A stretch of DNA of 64,000 nucleotides from positions 222,828,001 to 222,892,000 of the forward strand of contig CM097885.1 in the NCBI GenBank assembly GCA_044892525.1, given 5' to 3'. This document shows positions 20,878 through 33,600 of the stretch, piece after piece. The notes below the pieces were generated by a model. That model ran no database searches and was not told where the DNA came from. It was given only the letters and a program-made list of their open reading frames with translations. Each line of letters begins with the position of its first letter. Position 1 is the first letter of the stretch. Source of the stretch: Schmidtea polychroa (lineage: Eukaryota). Position numbers and translations under genes: made by a program.

Positions 20878-23834
20878 AATCAGAGTCATAAACTTTTACA
20901 GAGTCCCATATATCCTTCCAAAATAGAAGTTGCCTAGAAGTGGTTAATAATAAAAAGGTAGTATGCATATTGGAAATAATATATGATGAATATTACTTTT
21001 TATATATTAGTTTGGCTTTGAATTTAATTATGTCAATTATGTAAATTTGTTATATTAACAGTGCTACAGTTAAATTTGATATTATAATTATTGATATTTT
21101 TCTGGAAAAAGTGAAAAACATTTTTTAAGATGTAATCAAATTTTATATTTAAAACCCTTCTTCAAATAATAATTACAATATAAAGTTAACATAATCAAAT
21201 TAAACTCTATTAATTTAGAAATTAATACTATTAAACTACTAGATGAAAAATCACACAGTTCTTACAATATAGTATATTATACTTTTCTAAATCTATTGTA
21301 TTTAAAAAATTTCCTTCATTATTTTGATAAGAAATTCCAAATCAAAAAACTCCACATCAACTGAAGAAATATAGATAAATTTCTTATTATTATATATAAA
21401 AAACTATCATAATATTTCTGATATATGACTACGCTAATAAAATAAGTACAAAAAAATATTTATCTATACACACCGTTTCCAAATTTAATTTGATATAAAC
21501 AGATAATTTGTAGGTCACAAACGTGACAGTTTTTGTGGTTTGATAGAAAATACGCTAACATCCAACCAACTCAAAATTCTGTGTCTATTTGTAATTTTGA
21601 TAGGTATGAATAGAGTGAACTGAGTGCATTTTGCAAATGATTGAATGCCGCTAATAAATGTATTTGAATACATTCGACAGTGTACACATTTTTCCACGTG
21701 TAGTAGATTGAATTTGAAAATGGTATATAAAAGTCATTGAACAATTACATTTTCAAATTTTAAAATCTAAAACATGTTATTTAAATTTAAATTCAGGTTT
21801 GTTGGGGGAAATTTTAATGATTTGTAAATTTTAAATGTATTAAAATGAATTTAATATTTTAATTTTAATATTAATGTCTGTTATGAATATGAATATTTTA
21901 ATTTTAATTTGAAAATTTAAGCACAGTATCGAAATTGAAATCTATATAGATTTGTTTGAAAATATTACGTTATGAAATATATATTTTTTTACATGGACTT
22001 AATCAAAATTAATAAAGAAATTTAGTACAATTCATTTTCAACTTACAATATGTATGTATGTCATTTCTCTATAGACATTTTTGCATGTATTGGTATTCTG
22101 GGTCATATATCTATGATCGTACTATGACTTCGAGTACCAATAACCACGAAATACAGAATGATTTTAATTTGACCAGTAATTCACCTTTGACAACTAGTCT
22201 ATACCACCAGATTGGTTCTGTGAAACGCGGTTAAAAACTAATGAGCAGGTTAAGTTCCACACCAAAATTACACTTCGAAAACCTTCCTTTCGGGGTTATA
22301 GACCATCGATAGAAGGATTTAGGTTATTATCGGTAATGTATTTTTCTATCAATAACCGAGATAATCATATATTAATGTAGTATGATTTTATTCAGATTAT
22401 CCTTCATACAAGTATTTCTAAAAAGTTGAACAGAAATTTCCCATAACAATTTAATTCTGAGCGAACTCTCTCCGGCTTGTAAACATGTGATCCAGTAGAG
22501 TGGTCTTCTAGTGTTAGAGCTCAGACACACAGAAACTAAGTGGGCTATGATTTTATCTTTAACTGCAGAGCATGTGACAGAACAGTAATGAATAAAAAAC
22601 AAAACTTAATCATTTATACAATTTCTTAAATTACATTAAGTAAAAAAAGAAAACTTACATCTAATTTCAAATAACATTTCAAAAATAAAAACAACAAATC
22701 ATTACTCACCCCTACAATTGCAAAATTCAAACAAAATTATTAATCGAGTGCTGCCTAACAAAAGTGAAATTGTAGACTGATTTTAATGCGTTCTTTTTAA
22801 TTCAATTAAATTTTTTCACTACACCATTAATGTGTTCATCATGGATATTACCGCTCATTTTATTTGGATAATTTAAACAAATAAACAATTTTATTAATTT
22901 AACTGTTTTATTATTTTCCACCATTATAATTATTGTACTTTCATATGTTAATGTATACCATATTTTTCTAAAAAATATTATTTATCTCTGTGGATTTAAT
23001 TATGACTCTCATTTATTAATAATTGTCCTAATAATGTTCATTAAATTCGACTATGATTTCTCCTATACAACCAATTATCGTTTCAAACATTTTTTTTTGT
23101 TATTTTTAACTCATTATCATCATATGTTATTCTTAACTATGTTAGTGTATGCGACTAGTTGTGTTTAATAATTTTATCTACTCACATTTTGTTTATCTTT
23201 AAAGTGTTATGTACTTTACTTTGTATTACTTGACGTGTTATTGAGAACTTTATATAAACTTAGCGCTGGAACGTTGCGTGATCTTTCGACGCCCTCATAC
23301 AAATTGAAAACTCAAATGATGTCCTTCGGTAGTAACCTACAACAACAAAATTTGAAATATTAACTATTTAGAATCCAACAATAAAGATAAACGATAAAAG
23401 AATATCGAATCAATTCTAAAGTGCTTTTAAAGGCTATTTTCACTCATTTTGTAACATTTGAATATGAGAATTGTTTTTTTAATTATATTTTTCAATCATT
23501 AACATTGTGTAAAAAACAAAACAATACAATAAGAACGTTTTTTAAATAAATAAATTAAGATTTATCATTAAAAATTTACACATTTCTGTTATCGATTTTT
23601 CAAATTTAGTGATCAAAGCGAAAAAATCAATAATTATTATCTATTATAATATTTAACAACAATTCAATGAGCACTTCAGAAAATTGCTAGCAACAAATTT
23701 ATGATATTATTTAGTTGAAAATATTTTCATACTTGTTTAAATAATAATAAAGATATAAAAATATTTAAATTAATTGGAAAAACTTTCAAATGAGTTTGTA
23801 TTTAAAATTATCAACATTTTTTCAAGCGATATAT

Positions 23835-24240
23835 ATATTGGGAGGAAAATATTAGTTGGTCCTTGGATGGTATTACCGGCATATATCTTGTTTTGTATTT
23901 ATCATATCAAGTCAAGGTTATACTCGTAGAAGAGAGAAATTTCCCTACAAAACAAGTACATTTTGGCATTGTTGAGATAAATTTCTTTAGTTGAAAGTTA
24001 GAGCGTTAAAGATGGAAGTTCACAAAGAAAAGGTTTCAGGCGGCTGAAATTCTAAATTGTATTTATGGTCTCGTCGATTGGGAAAGTCATTTTGGGAAAT
24101 TGCCATAATGAAGTTACCTTCTAAGTGGCAACGAGTCAATGAAAACCTGAGAACATATTTAAGTCAAAGCGAATTATTGTAATAATATTAAATAAAGCTT
24201 CAAAATGAATGTTAAAATGGATTTTGTTCCCCAACTTTAT
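23835..24240 (+). mobile_element. Degraded mariner remnant
   Basis: The C-terminal peptide AIMKLPSKWQRVNENLRTY resembles the mariner GIxKLPxRWQ motif. Degenerate TIR-like ends lie in TA runs. Confidence 0.5.
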
Positions 24241-25959
24241 ATATATATATATATATATACTTTAGACCAACAAAATATCATTTTACCTTTTTCAAGTGTT
24301 ATAAAAATTAATTTTAATATTCAACATCCATACAATATATAATATGAAAAATTTATTTTTAATTATCTTAAATAATAAATAGATTTTGTTTTAATGACAA
24401 TATTTAAAATTTTAGATTCTTTAAAGACCCATAGCAAAAAAATTTTTAAAAATTAAGATCAAGGATTTGTTTGAATTTTTATACCACCATTTATTTCAGT
24501 TCTTTATAGGTGAATGCTGACAATTTATTTATACTAAAATCTATTAGATTTGCTTACTTTTGAAAGGGTTTTTGAAATATTTTATTAATATTCTCAATAC
24601 ATTCGAAAATTAGTCAAAACCGAATATATTAGAAATTATAAATCTAGTTGAATTCTTGTTCAATGATATAAATGTATTTAGAGAACCAGTTGCATTGAAT
24701 TATGTAATTTACATTAAAAATTGACCTTTAACTTTTGATGCAATATAAAATTTTAAGTTCTTTGAAAAATCCCGAAATTAAGGAATTAAAAATTCTGACA
24801 GATTTCCACAAGGGAGCACCAAATTTTCCAAATTTTTAATATATATATATATAATATACGAAGATTCAATTAATCTAGATGTGGAGAATATAAATGATTT
24901 TTCTTATTTAAATGAGTGGGAGAAATATATTAATGGAGGATTTATTATGTTAATATAATATCTGTGGAACAAAAGATCATTTAAAAATTAATATTTACAT
25001 TTATGGTTAGTTAAAATAGATAATTAAAACAAATTATTTACATAGATAATTAAAACAAATAATTAAAATAGATATATAAAATAATTACAGATTCTGATAT
25101 AATTATAATAATTGGTTCTAAAATTTGTTTGAGAAGTTCATTCATTTTAAAAAAATTTTTTGACGTTTTAATAATTGTAAAATAAAATTGCCGATAGTCA
25201 TCTTTGTTATTTATGTAAATAAAATGGAAAAGTTTGTGTTCTTTATTTAGCTTATTATTAATTCCCCTGTTCATTTAGAATTGCATGGAAATTGTTTTAT
25301 TATAGGTTCTTTTAAATCAGTGATTCCCTACCTTTTTTTTCTTGAAATATTTTAGAGTATTTAAAAATTTCGCAGCACAATTTACTTAAAATTAAACATC
25401 TTACAAGAAAGCCATTTCAAAAATTGCTAAAATGACTTTCTAGAAAAATGAAATTTATTAGATTGGTGAGTCAATTTAATGAGACCAATTGATGTACACT
25501 ATAACCACCACTATAGAAAATGTATCTCAGATAGATCAAAAGATAAATTAGCATTAAACTTCTTTTTTCTATTATGCTAAGTTTATAACTCTTCGGTTGA
25601 AACAAAATTTAAGTCTGACTCTCCGTACCCTATGTCAAGTAATAAAAACATAAAAATGTGTTAAAATTTTATTTAAGAAGACATAGATATAAGTTTTACT
25701 ATGGAAAAATTCCATTTTCTTGAATCTGATTGGCAGTTAATATGAATTTACAACACTTTCTTCATCCAAAGTAGCATTTTGGCCTTGTATTTGGCAAGAA
25801 TGATTAATCCAAATAAATATAACTTTCCATATAAATCTCTCTGATTTCCGTTATCATCATGATATTATCTTTTTCTATTGTTACAAGTTTTAATTTCCTA
25901 ACTAAAATATGGTGATTCTTACATCGCCACAAAACATATTTTTAGAGTGCTGTAATAAT

Positions 25960-26760
25960 GATTCGATGATTAGTGCCCACACTAAAAATGCCCACACGAA
26001 AATTGCCCACAGAAAATTGCCCACAGGTAGTATTGCGCACACGATTAATGCTCACACAGAATAATGCCCACACAGAATAATGCCCACAAGGAAAAATGCC
26101 CACATAGACAAATGCCCACAAGGAAAAATGCCCACAAGGAAAAATGCCCACACGAAAAATTATTTTAAATATAAAAATTAAATTAAAATAAATAGAGAAA
26201 AAAATCAAAAATTATATTCTATCTAGAATCATTATCTTATTATTCTGTAATTTTAAAAACCATTAATTGGGTAGATTTTTTATCCAGTAATATTTATTTA
26301 ATAATAATCGGTAATTAATAAACAATAAAATGTTTACTTCNNNNNNNNNNNNNNNNNNNNNNNNNNNNNNNNNNNNNNNNNNNNNNNNNNNNNNNNNNNN
26401 NNNNNNNNNNNNNNNNNNNNNNNNNNNNNNNNNNNNNNNNNNNNNNNNNNNNNNNNNNNNNNNNNNNNNNNNNNNNNNNNNNNNNNNNNNNNNNNNCCGA
26501 CAAGATATTTTGTCCCCCTATGGGTATTAGTCGCACGGGTACTGGTCATGCTTATTATTATTTTCTTATTATTTTATAATTGAGAGGGTGGCTTTAAGAT
26601 GATATACCTCAAATAAATTAGTATAATATATCACTAATAAAAATCGCTTTAATTTAATTTTTATATCTAAAATAATTTTTCGTGTGGGCAGTTTTCCTTG
26701 TGGGCAATTTTCTGTGGGCAATTTTCGTGTGGGCATTTTTCGTGTGGGCAATAATCCGAT
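25960..26760. mobile_element. Foldback/MITE-like unit with inverted arrays of a ~15-bp TGCCCAC repeat
   Basis: The AAAATGCCCACA-type array at about 25975-26160 faces the reverse-complement GTGGGCA array at about 26680-26750. An N gap lies between them. Confidence 0.7.
26341..26496. other. Assembly gap (N)
   Basis: Run of N. Confidence 1.
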
Positions 26761-28470
26761 CACGGTAATAATAATGATTGAAAATTGGTTTAGTTGGAGT
26801 AATAATAAAATATTTCCAATAAATAAAGAGAAAATAATAAATTAATAAAATCTATATGAACTTAAAAATCCATTAAATTTGTTAAATATTAGTTATTTTA
26901 ATTAGAATGCTAACAATTGTAAGGCCGTAAAATTATTATTTTGACAATTAAAAGATTAAGTAAAAAATAAACCAAATGTTGTACTTTTGTTTAAATTAAA
27001 AATATTTTGTTTAAACTTTTAATTAAGAACTTTTTTCAATTTTCAACATTGATTTCTTTTCAATAAACATTGTATGCCTGTCAATCAATTTATATATTAT
27101 AAAATGTCCCTCGAAAATCATTTGTACAATATATTTAGACAGGTAAGAAAAATAATTTATATAAATTTTAAATTGATTATTAAAACTAATTATAAAAATT
27201 GGGTACACTGAGAATTGTAATAATAGCCTCTAGTGGTAAACAAAATTTATCATAGAAAACAAAAATCTAAAATTTTACTAGTACAATAATTCAAATTATT
27301 GTTTACGGGAGGGTCTTTCTCATATACAAGGAACGTAAAGATTTGTTACCGTTTGACAATTTTAATGGAAATTCATTTATAGTAACAACTGTTAATTAAA
27401 AGTTAATTAATTGAATTAGAAATGTAAGAATCACCATATTTTGGTTAGGAAATTAAAACTTGTAACAATAGAAAAAGATAATATCATGATGATAACGGAA
27501 ATCAGAGAGATATATATGGAAAGTTATATTTATTTGGATTAATCATTCTTGCCAAAAGCAAGGCCAAAATGCTACTTTGGATGAAGAAAGTGTTGTAAAT
27601 TCATATTAACTGCCAATCAGATTCAAGAAAATAATAAAATAAATAAAATTTTAACACATTTTTATGTTTTTATTACTTGACATAGGGCACGGAGAGTCAG
27701 ACTTAAATTTTGTTTCAACCGAAGAGTTATAAACTTAGCATAATAGAAAAAAAGAAATTTAATGCTAATTTATCTTTTGATCCATTTTCATACTATAATA
27801 TTTGCAATTTAACGGTTAAGCTATTCATTTAAATTAGCAACAAAAGTACTAGCTAAATTATTTAATAATTATTTATATATATTATTACCAAACATAAAAA
27901 TAAAATACTAAAAAAAAGTAATTAAAAAAGTTTAAAAATAATGAAAAAAATATTTTATTCTTTTGATCTCCTTTGATCCTTTTTTTTTATTTTCACTTTC
28001 ACAAAAGATAAACAATTTATGTTAAATTTTCTTTTATATTAAATCTTTGATTTTTTGTCAGAATACAAATAAATGAAATATTATTAAAATTTTAAAAAAA
28101 AATTACGAAGTAATAATGATCCTAAATTATAAAAATAAATATTATAATTAAAACAAATAAAACCGAACTTTTACTCTTGATTTTTTGTGTAATTAAATTT
28201 TTAACATAAATAATAAATGGGCTGTTTATTTTGAAAGTGTATTTGTTTATTTTTTCGAAAAAGGAGTAAAATCTGTGTAAGATAACAACAATATATGATA
28301 ATTTTATTTTTAAACAAGCCATTCGCTATATCTTTCAAAATTTAACCAATTTATAAATAACTAATTTCCCAAAATTATTTGTCTTTTACAATTATTTGTA
28401 TTGAAAATAAATGGACCCTGAGTAGGTAGGCGTGATCCAAGCAGCTACATTAGTTACCACACAATAATAA

Positions 28471-28654
28471 GCAACAGAGGCCCCTCTATCTTCAAGGTCA
28501 AGTCGCGTTTCTTGATTTTTTAAAAATTTCTATTTTTATTGATTTAAAAGTACACACATTTTTTAATCAATAATAGAACATTTAAGTCAATAAAAATAAA
28601 AATTTTAAAAATCAATAATCGCAACTTGATCTTGAGGGAGGGGCCCTCAGTTGT
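28471..28654. mobile_element. PIF/Harbinger-like hairpin MITE (184 bp)
   Basis: Imperfect inverted arms of about 75 bp (caacagagggcccctc...) and a TAA 3-bp TSD on both sides. Confidence 0.7.
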
Positions 28655-29280
28655 TAACCCGTGATACGAAACTTTAGGACATTATATATTTGAGTGCCAA
28701 ATAAACTATTATATACAAATATCCTTTCAAAACTTTATTAAATACAACCATCCCTCGAAAAAAGCCTATTATACAAGACTTTGAATTTTCGAAAAAAACA
28801 AAATTTTCACAAGTTATATTACAAATTATTTTACCATTTTTATAAGAAAAGAGTAGATGAGCCAGTCAGATATAATTCAAAATTCTCCTAATAGAAAAAG
28901 ATTAATAATTAATTAACGGAAAATATTTTTTAGAATTATAAAAATTATTTTTATTTCGTGACAATGATATTGATGTCCAGTTTTCTTAAATCTTTCCCAC
29001 GTTGACAATATTCATTTAATTTTTTTTCAGCCTTTATTTTTCCTCATGATAAATATCCAGACTATCTTGATTATTTTTCCAGATATTATAAATAATTAAC
29101 TGCGAATCTAGTCAATCTGATTGAACTATTAACAGAATAAAAATGATTCGTTGCAGAAAATACATTCAAAATAGATCATCATAATAATATACTACAATTT
29201 ATTTCAGATTATTTCTTCTGAATAGGAATTTTAATATATCATTTCGTACTAACGCTTACACGAGCAAGTTTTTCTTTTTT

Positions 29281-29483
29281 NNNNNNNNNNNNNNNNNNNN
29301 NNNNNNNNNNNNNNNNNNNNNNNNNNNNNNNNNNNNNNNNNNNNNNNNNNNNNNNNNNNNNNNNNNNNNNNNNNNNNNNNNNNNNNNNNNNNNNNNNNNN
29401 NNNNNNNNNNNNNNNNNNNNNNNNNNNNNNNNNNNNNNNNNNNNNNNNNNNNNNNNNNNNNNNNNNNNNNNNNNNNNNNNNNN
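29281..29483. other. Assembly gap (N)
   Basis: Run of N. Confidence 1.
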
Positions 29484-29879
29484 ATATTAACATTAATAAT
29501 AATAAATTATAATTATAAAAATCGTTAAATAATTTATTGTCAATTTTGTTTTATCCTCTGTTTTATATTTATGTTTTTATTCTATATGTATTTTTTCAAA
29601 TTATCCGTGACGACAAGGTAACGACAAGGCTTTAATTATTATGTTATTACACCGGCAATCGGCTAAAATTGTAAACATTTAAAATGATATTTCTCGCGGT
29701 TGACTTTTAATCATTTAAAAAACTTTATTTATTTGTGAATCAATTGTAATATGAATTTTTATCATTTGCTGTAATGGCATCTTCATGCTGAAGAATTGTT
29801 CCAAAACTGAACTGCATGGAAAATATTAACAATAAATAATTATTTGGAAAAGTAATGGGAAATACGGTTTTCATTTTTG

Positions 29880-30345
29880 ATTTTTCATTTAAATCCACTT
29901 AGTATTATGCATTTCCCGGGCCGATTGTATTCTGCTTTCCAAAACTATCGGATACCTCATTATCAAATCGAAAGTATTTGTCGTCTCGTTACATTGTTAA
30001 AAACCCTTATTGTGTTCACTAATATTAATCAATGCCTTCGGTCTTTGATATTATCGAGCTCGAATACAGAGATGGCGGGAAGTCTTTTCAATGTATGTGG
30101 CATTACACGCATTACATGTAAATTGATAAACGAGATCAGAACACAATTCAACCGGAGTTTTAGGCTTATTGATAAAAATATTACGTACTTTCCATGAAGT
30201 TGACACTATCCTATATTTTAAATCCCCAAAATGCTTGATTATCGTTCTTTTATAATCTGCAAAACCTTTTGAGTACGACACTACCAAAACAAATTTAGGC
30301 TTATAATCCTTGTACTCGCTTCTTATAAGAAAACTGTCGAAATAT
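29880..30345 (-). mobile_element. Penelope-like retroelement fragment (GIY-YIG endonuclease region)
   Basis: SDLVYQFTCNACNATYIEKTSRHLCIRA matches the PLE VY.F.C..C...YIG.T.RHL..R motif. Stops occur downstream. Confidence 0.8.
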
Positions 30346-30670
30346 ATCGTAAAACTAATGTTTTAGTGGAGCTTTTTTATAATTAAATCGTTGCCATGTA
30401 TGTTTAACTATTTATCCATAATTAAGATTTAAATTCTAATATTTATTATTTTCAAATATTTTATTTTCGCATATCTAGAATAATATTCAAACAAATCTCC
30501 ACGAGTAATTTCTTTCAATATAGAGTAATGCACAAATAAAAATTCAACGACACGCATTCATTTTCATTGATTATTTTGTAAATTATTTAATTAAACAAAT
30601 TAATCATATTTTCACAATTGCAAAATTTTCTTATTTTTATTGAAATAAATTTATTTTAGTTTTTTTTCAG

Positions 30671-33600
30671 ATTGAGAGAAAAATATGTGATTTTTCAAAC
30701 CACTCTGTATCATGCAAACGGTTAGGAAATTATTAGTTATTTCATTTATAATTTGAAAAATTATTTTTAAATGAATTAGATTATTTTATCATAAATAATA
30801 ATTTAATATTATTGAAGTGAATTCAGAAGTTTGTTTACATTAATGTCAGAAAATTATGAATGTCTATTGAATAGACATTGCATATTCAAGATAATTAAAG
30901 TTCCATTTATGTAGCAAATACCAACTAACACGATTTTTTAAAAAGATAAAATTTCTGACAAAAATATGAATATTATTTATAACATATTTACTTTTACGAC
31001 TTACTTAAATTTACCTACATTTATTGATTGAATATATTCACTGGAAATGTGACAATTATATATTATTAGTAAGACCTTATTATTTTAGCTTTATTTGTTT
31101 TAAATAACAAATGAATTTGTTTATTTGTGTCGACACATATTTTTTTAAAAAAATTTACCCATAGCCTGATTTAAAAGAAAGATAAAGAAAATTAAAATTG
31201 TCATATGTGGGAACCGATTATGATTTAATTAATTAAATAATTTCAATAAAACCCTTACTTATAGTATGTAATTATGGTAATTAACGAAATAATCACATAT
31301 ACATATTGCAGAACGCATTGGTAATTAAATTACAATCCTCTACAAATAATATTCAATCAGTAACGAATTTATTTGAGATTATTTAATTAATTTATAAAAT
31401 TATGTTATTATTGGTTTCGCTATATAATATATATATATATATTTAGTTTAATATTTTTATCATACCCAAATTTTTAAAGGTTATAAGTTTTTAAATTTAT
31501 CATTACAATCCACTTTTATGAAAATATTATGATTTAAAAAGTGTAAAATTGAAAATATTTTCCAAGTTGAGATGAACGTGTAAAACTAAAATCTATTAAA
31601 GTAAATTAATAAATATACACTAAAACCTCTCTTAGTGAAGTTTAATTTTGCGCTTGTCAAAATTGTGACAATTTGTTTAATGTTATCATTTTTAGATATT
31701 TTGGAGATTTATGTCTTTTAGAAGATAAATATTTTTATGAAACTAGGCAGTTCAAATTTTGTTGTTGTATGTTTGTTAGTAAGTTTAAAGACCTTCGAAA
31801 TTTATCATTAAAATCCCATTCAAAAGCGATGAGTTTGATTAAAGAAGCTATAGGACTTTTTCCCAAAAGAGATTCTGACATCAAAACTAGCTTCAAAGTT
31901 TCTAAGACATTAGCAGTTGATATAAAATTATACCTTGCTTAAAAATTCTTCCAATATATTTTGATAGGTATTTTTTGAAACAGAAGCGAATGACTTCATA
32001 ACTTTAAGGCTTAAGTAAAAAGTTAAAATTAATAATTTTTTGTTTTTATGAGAGTAAATAGTTTTTTTAATTTTGGTTATATAAATATTTTCATTTTTCC
32101 ATTTTTCTAAAAATATAATGCTGGAACTTATCTCTATCATATAAATCTTTTCCTATAAACAAACTAATATTCACTTTTGTTGTGTTTTCTTTTGTAAAGT
32201 ATTTTCAAATCCAAAACGAGGCTTTTGAACATAAAGAATTCATACATGTTTAATCAATGATTTCTGCTATTTACTCAACTTATTTACTCACTATAAACTT
32301 TTTTTCTTTTCATTTCATATCACTATATATCAATAAATTTAAATTTTACACATGTTTAAAAAATAAAAAATAGGAAACAAAAAAATTAAACAGAAATAAA
32401 ACTGATAAGAGCCTACAACATACTACGAGCGGATGTGAAAAATATTACAGAATTCTGAGCAAAGCAAAAGAACATACAACAACACAAAATAATTCATTTG
32501 TTCTAATTGTGTCTTTCTACTAACCTTGGTGCACTGGTCACCAGCGACCCCGTAGCATTCAACATCTTAAAGAATTGAAAAGTTTAATTGAAGTAAAGAA
32601 GGTAAATATATGAATGTAGATAGAAACAAATTGTAATTTAACTCCATGCGTCCTATATATTAAAAAACAAGGCCAAAAACAAATAGGTTTTATTTCCAAT
32701 ACAATAATTTCAAAAATTCAATCATCCAATTGCCAATAATAATAATTTCAGCTTAATTTCACTTTTTATCACATTTACCAATAATATTCTGGACTAATGG
32801 CAATTGGCTTCAAGGAAGGTCGCCTCAAACTATTTTATTCTTTTACGAATTCCAAACGAGGATAAGCAGGAAAAAAATCCAAGTGAATAATAAAAATATT
32901 TGTATATCCAATATTAAAATATCCAATTCACAAAATTTATTGCCTTATATGGTGTTCAATTAATAAAAGGTTGGGACTGCTGATTTTTTTAATTATTTAA
33001 TATTTGTATATTTACGTGTTATTGTCTTTTAGCTTACATCAATCGTATTTCTAGGGTTCGCAATGTAAGTAAGTTTTTCGTTTATTTTATAATTTAAACA
33101 AATTTTTTACGTATTATCATATTTTAATTCTATTAATACTATTAATTGTAAAATCTGTAATATGATTTCCTTTTCACCAATGATCGAAAATAATAAATTT
33201 TCTATCCAATGACAATATTGTAAATTCATCAATTTTAAACAAAATTTTAGCACAAACTTTATCAAGTGTTAGTTTTTCGGAGGCTTGCTAAATAATTGCT
33301 TTCGGATTTGATTTGATTTGTCATTGAGAAACAAATGATTCATAATATTTCTAAGAAAGGATTTAAGTATGAGTCCCTGATCTTAAGTTTAAAATTGAGA
33401 CCCTTCTGGGACTTTACATCATAATAGCATTTGGTAGACCCAAAAAGGAAAGTCACCAGAAAAAATATTATAAAAATAAGATTTTCTTGATTTTTACTTT
33501 ATCCAAATTGATGTTTGTCTTTCGAATAACACATTATTTTTAATAAATATTTATAGGAATTACTAATCGTATTCTTGAAAGTTTTTATATTCCTTGTTCA

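Larger units (their letters stand above)
25534..27782. repeat. Large inverted repeat: arms 25534-25924 and 27422-27782
   Basis: The arms are near-identical reverse complements (391 vs 361 bp; about 30-bp indel, few substitutions) around a spacer of about 1.5 kb. Confidence 0.92.

Noticed and set aside
19740-22330. Possible 5' exons of the ADAMTSL gene (19741-19812; 21514-21603 with hydrophobic LKILCLFVILI; 22076-22230)
   Set aside because: Splice signals are plausible, but I could not join them in a consistent frame or find diagnostic domains.
22372-22602. Minus-strand ORF with CSVTCS (TSP1-like)
   Set aside because: Wrong strand for the ADAMTSL gene, and no W-x-x-W or downstream R/C pattern.
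25960-26760. CRISPR-like array
   Set aside because: Tandem 15-bp units without unique spacers, in a eukaryotic context.
27480-27610. WINHSC (SET-domain-like) peptide in the inverted-repeat arm
   Set aside because: Short match with nearby stops and no other SET motifs.
31673-32140. ORFs 31673-31942 and 31928-32140
   Set aside because: No recognisable motif. Compatible with chance or a heavily decayed TE.
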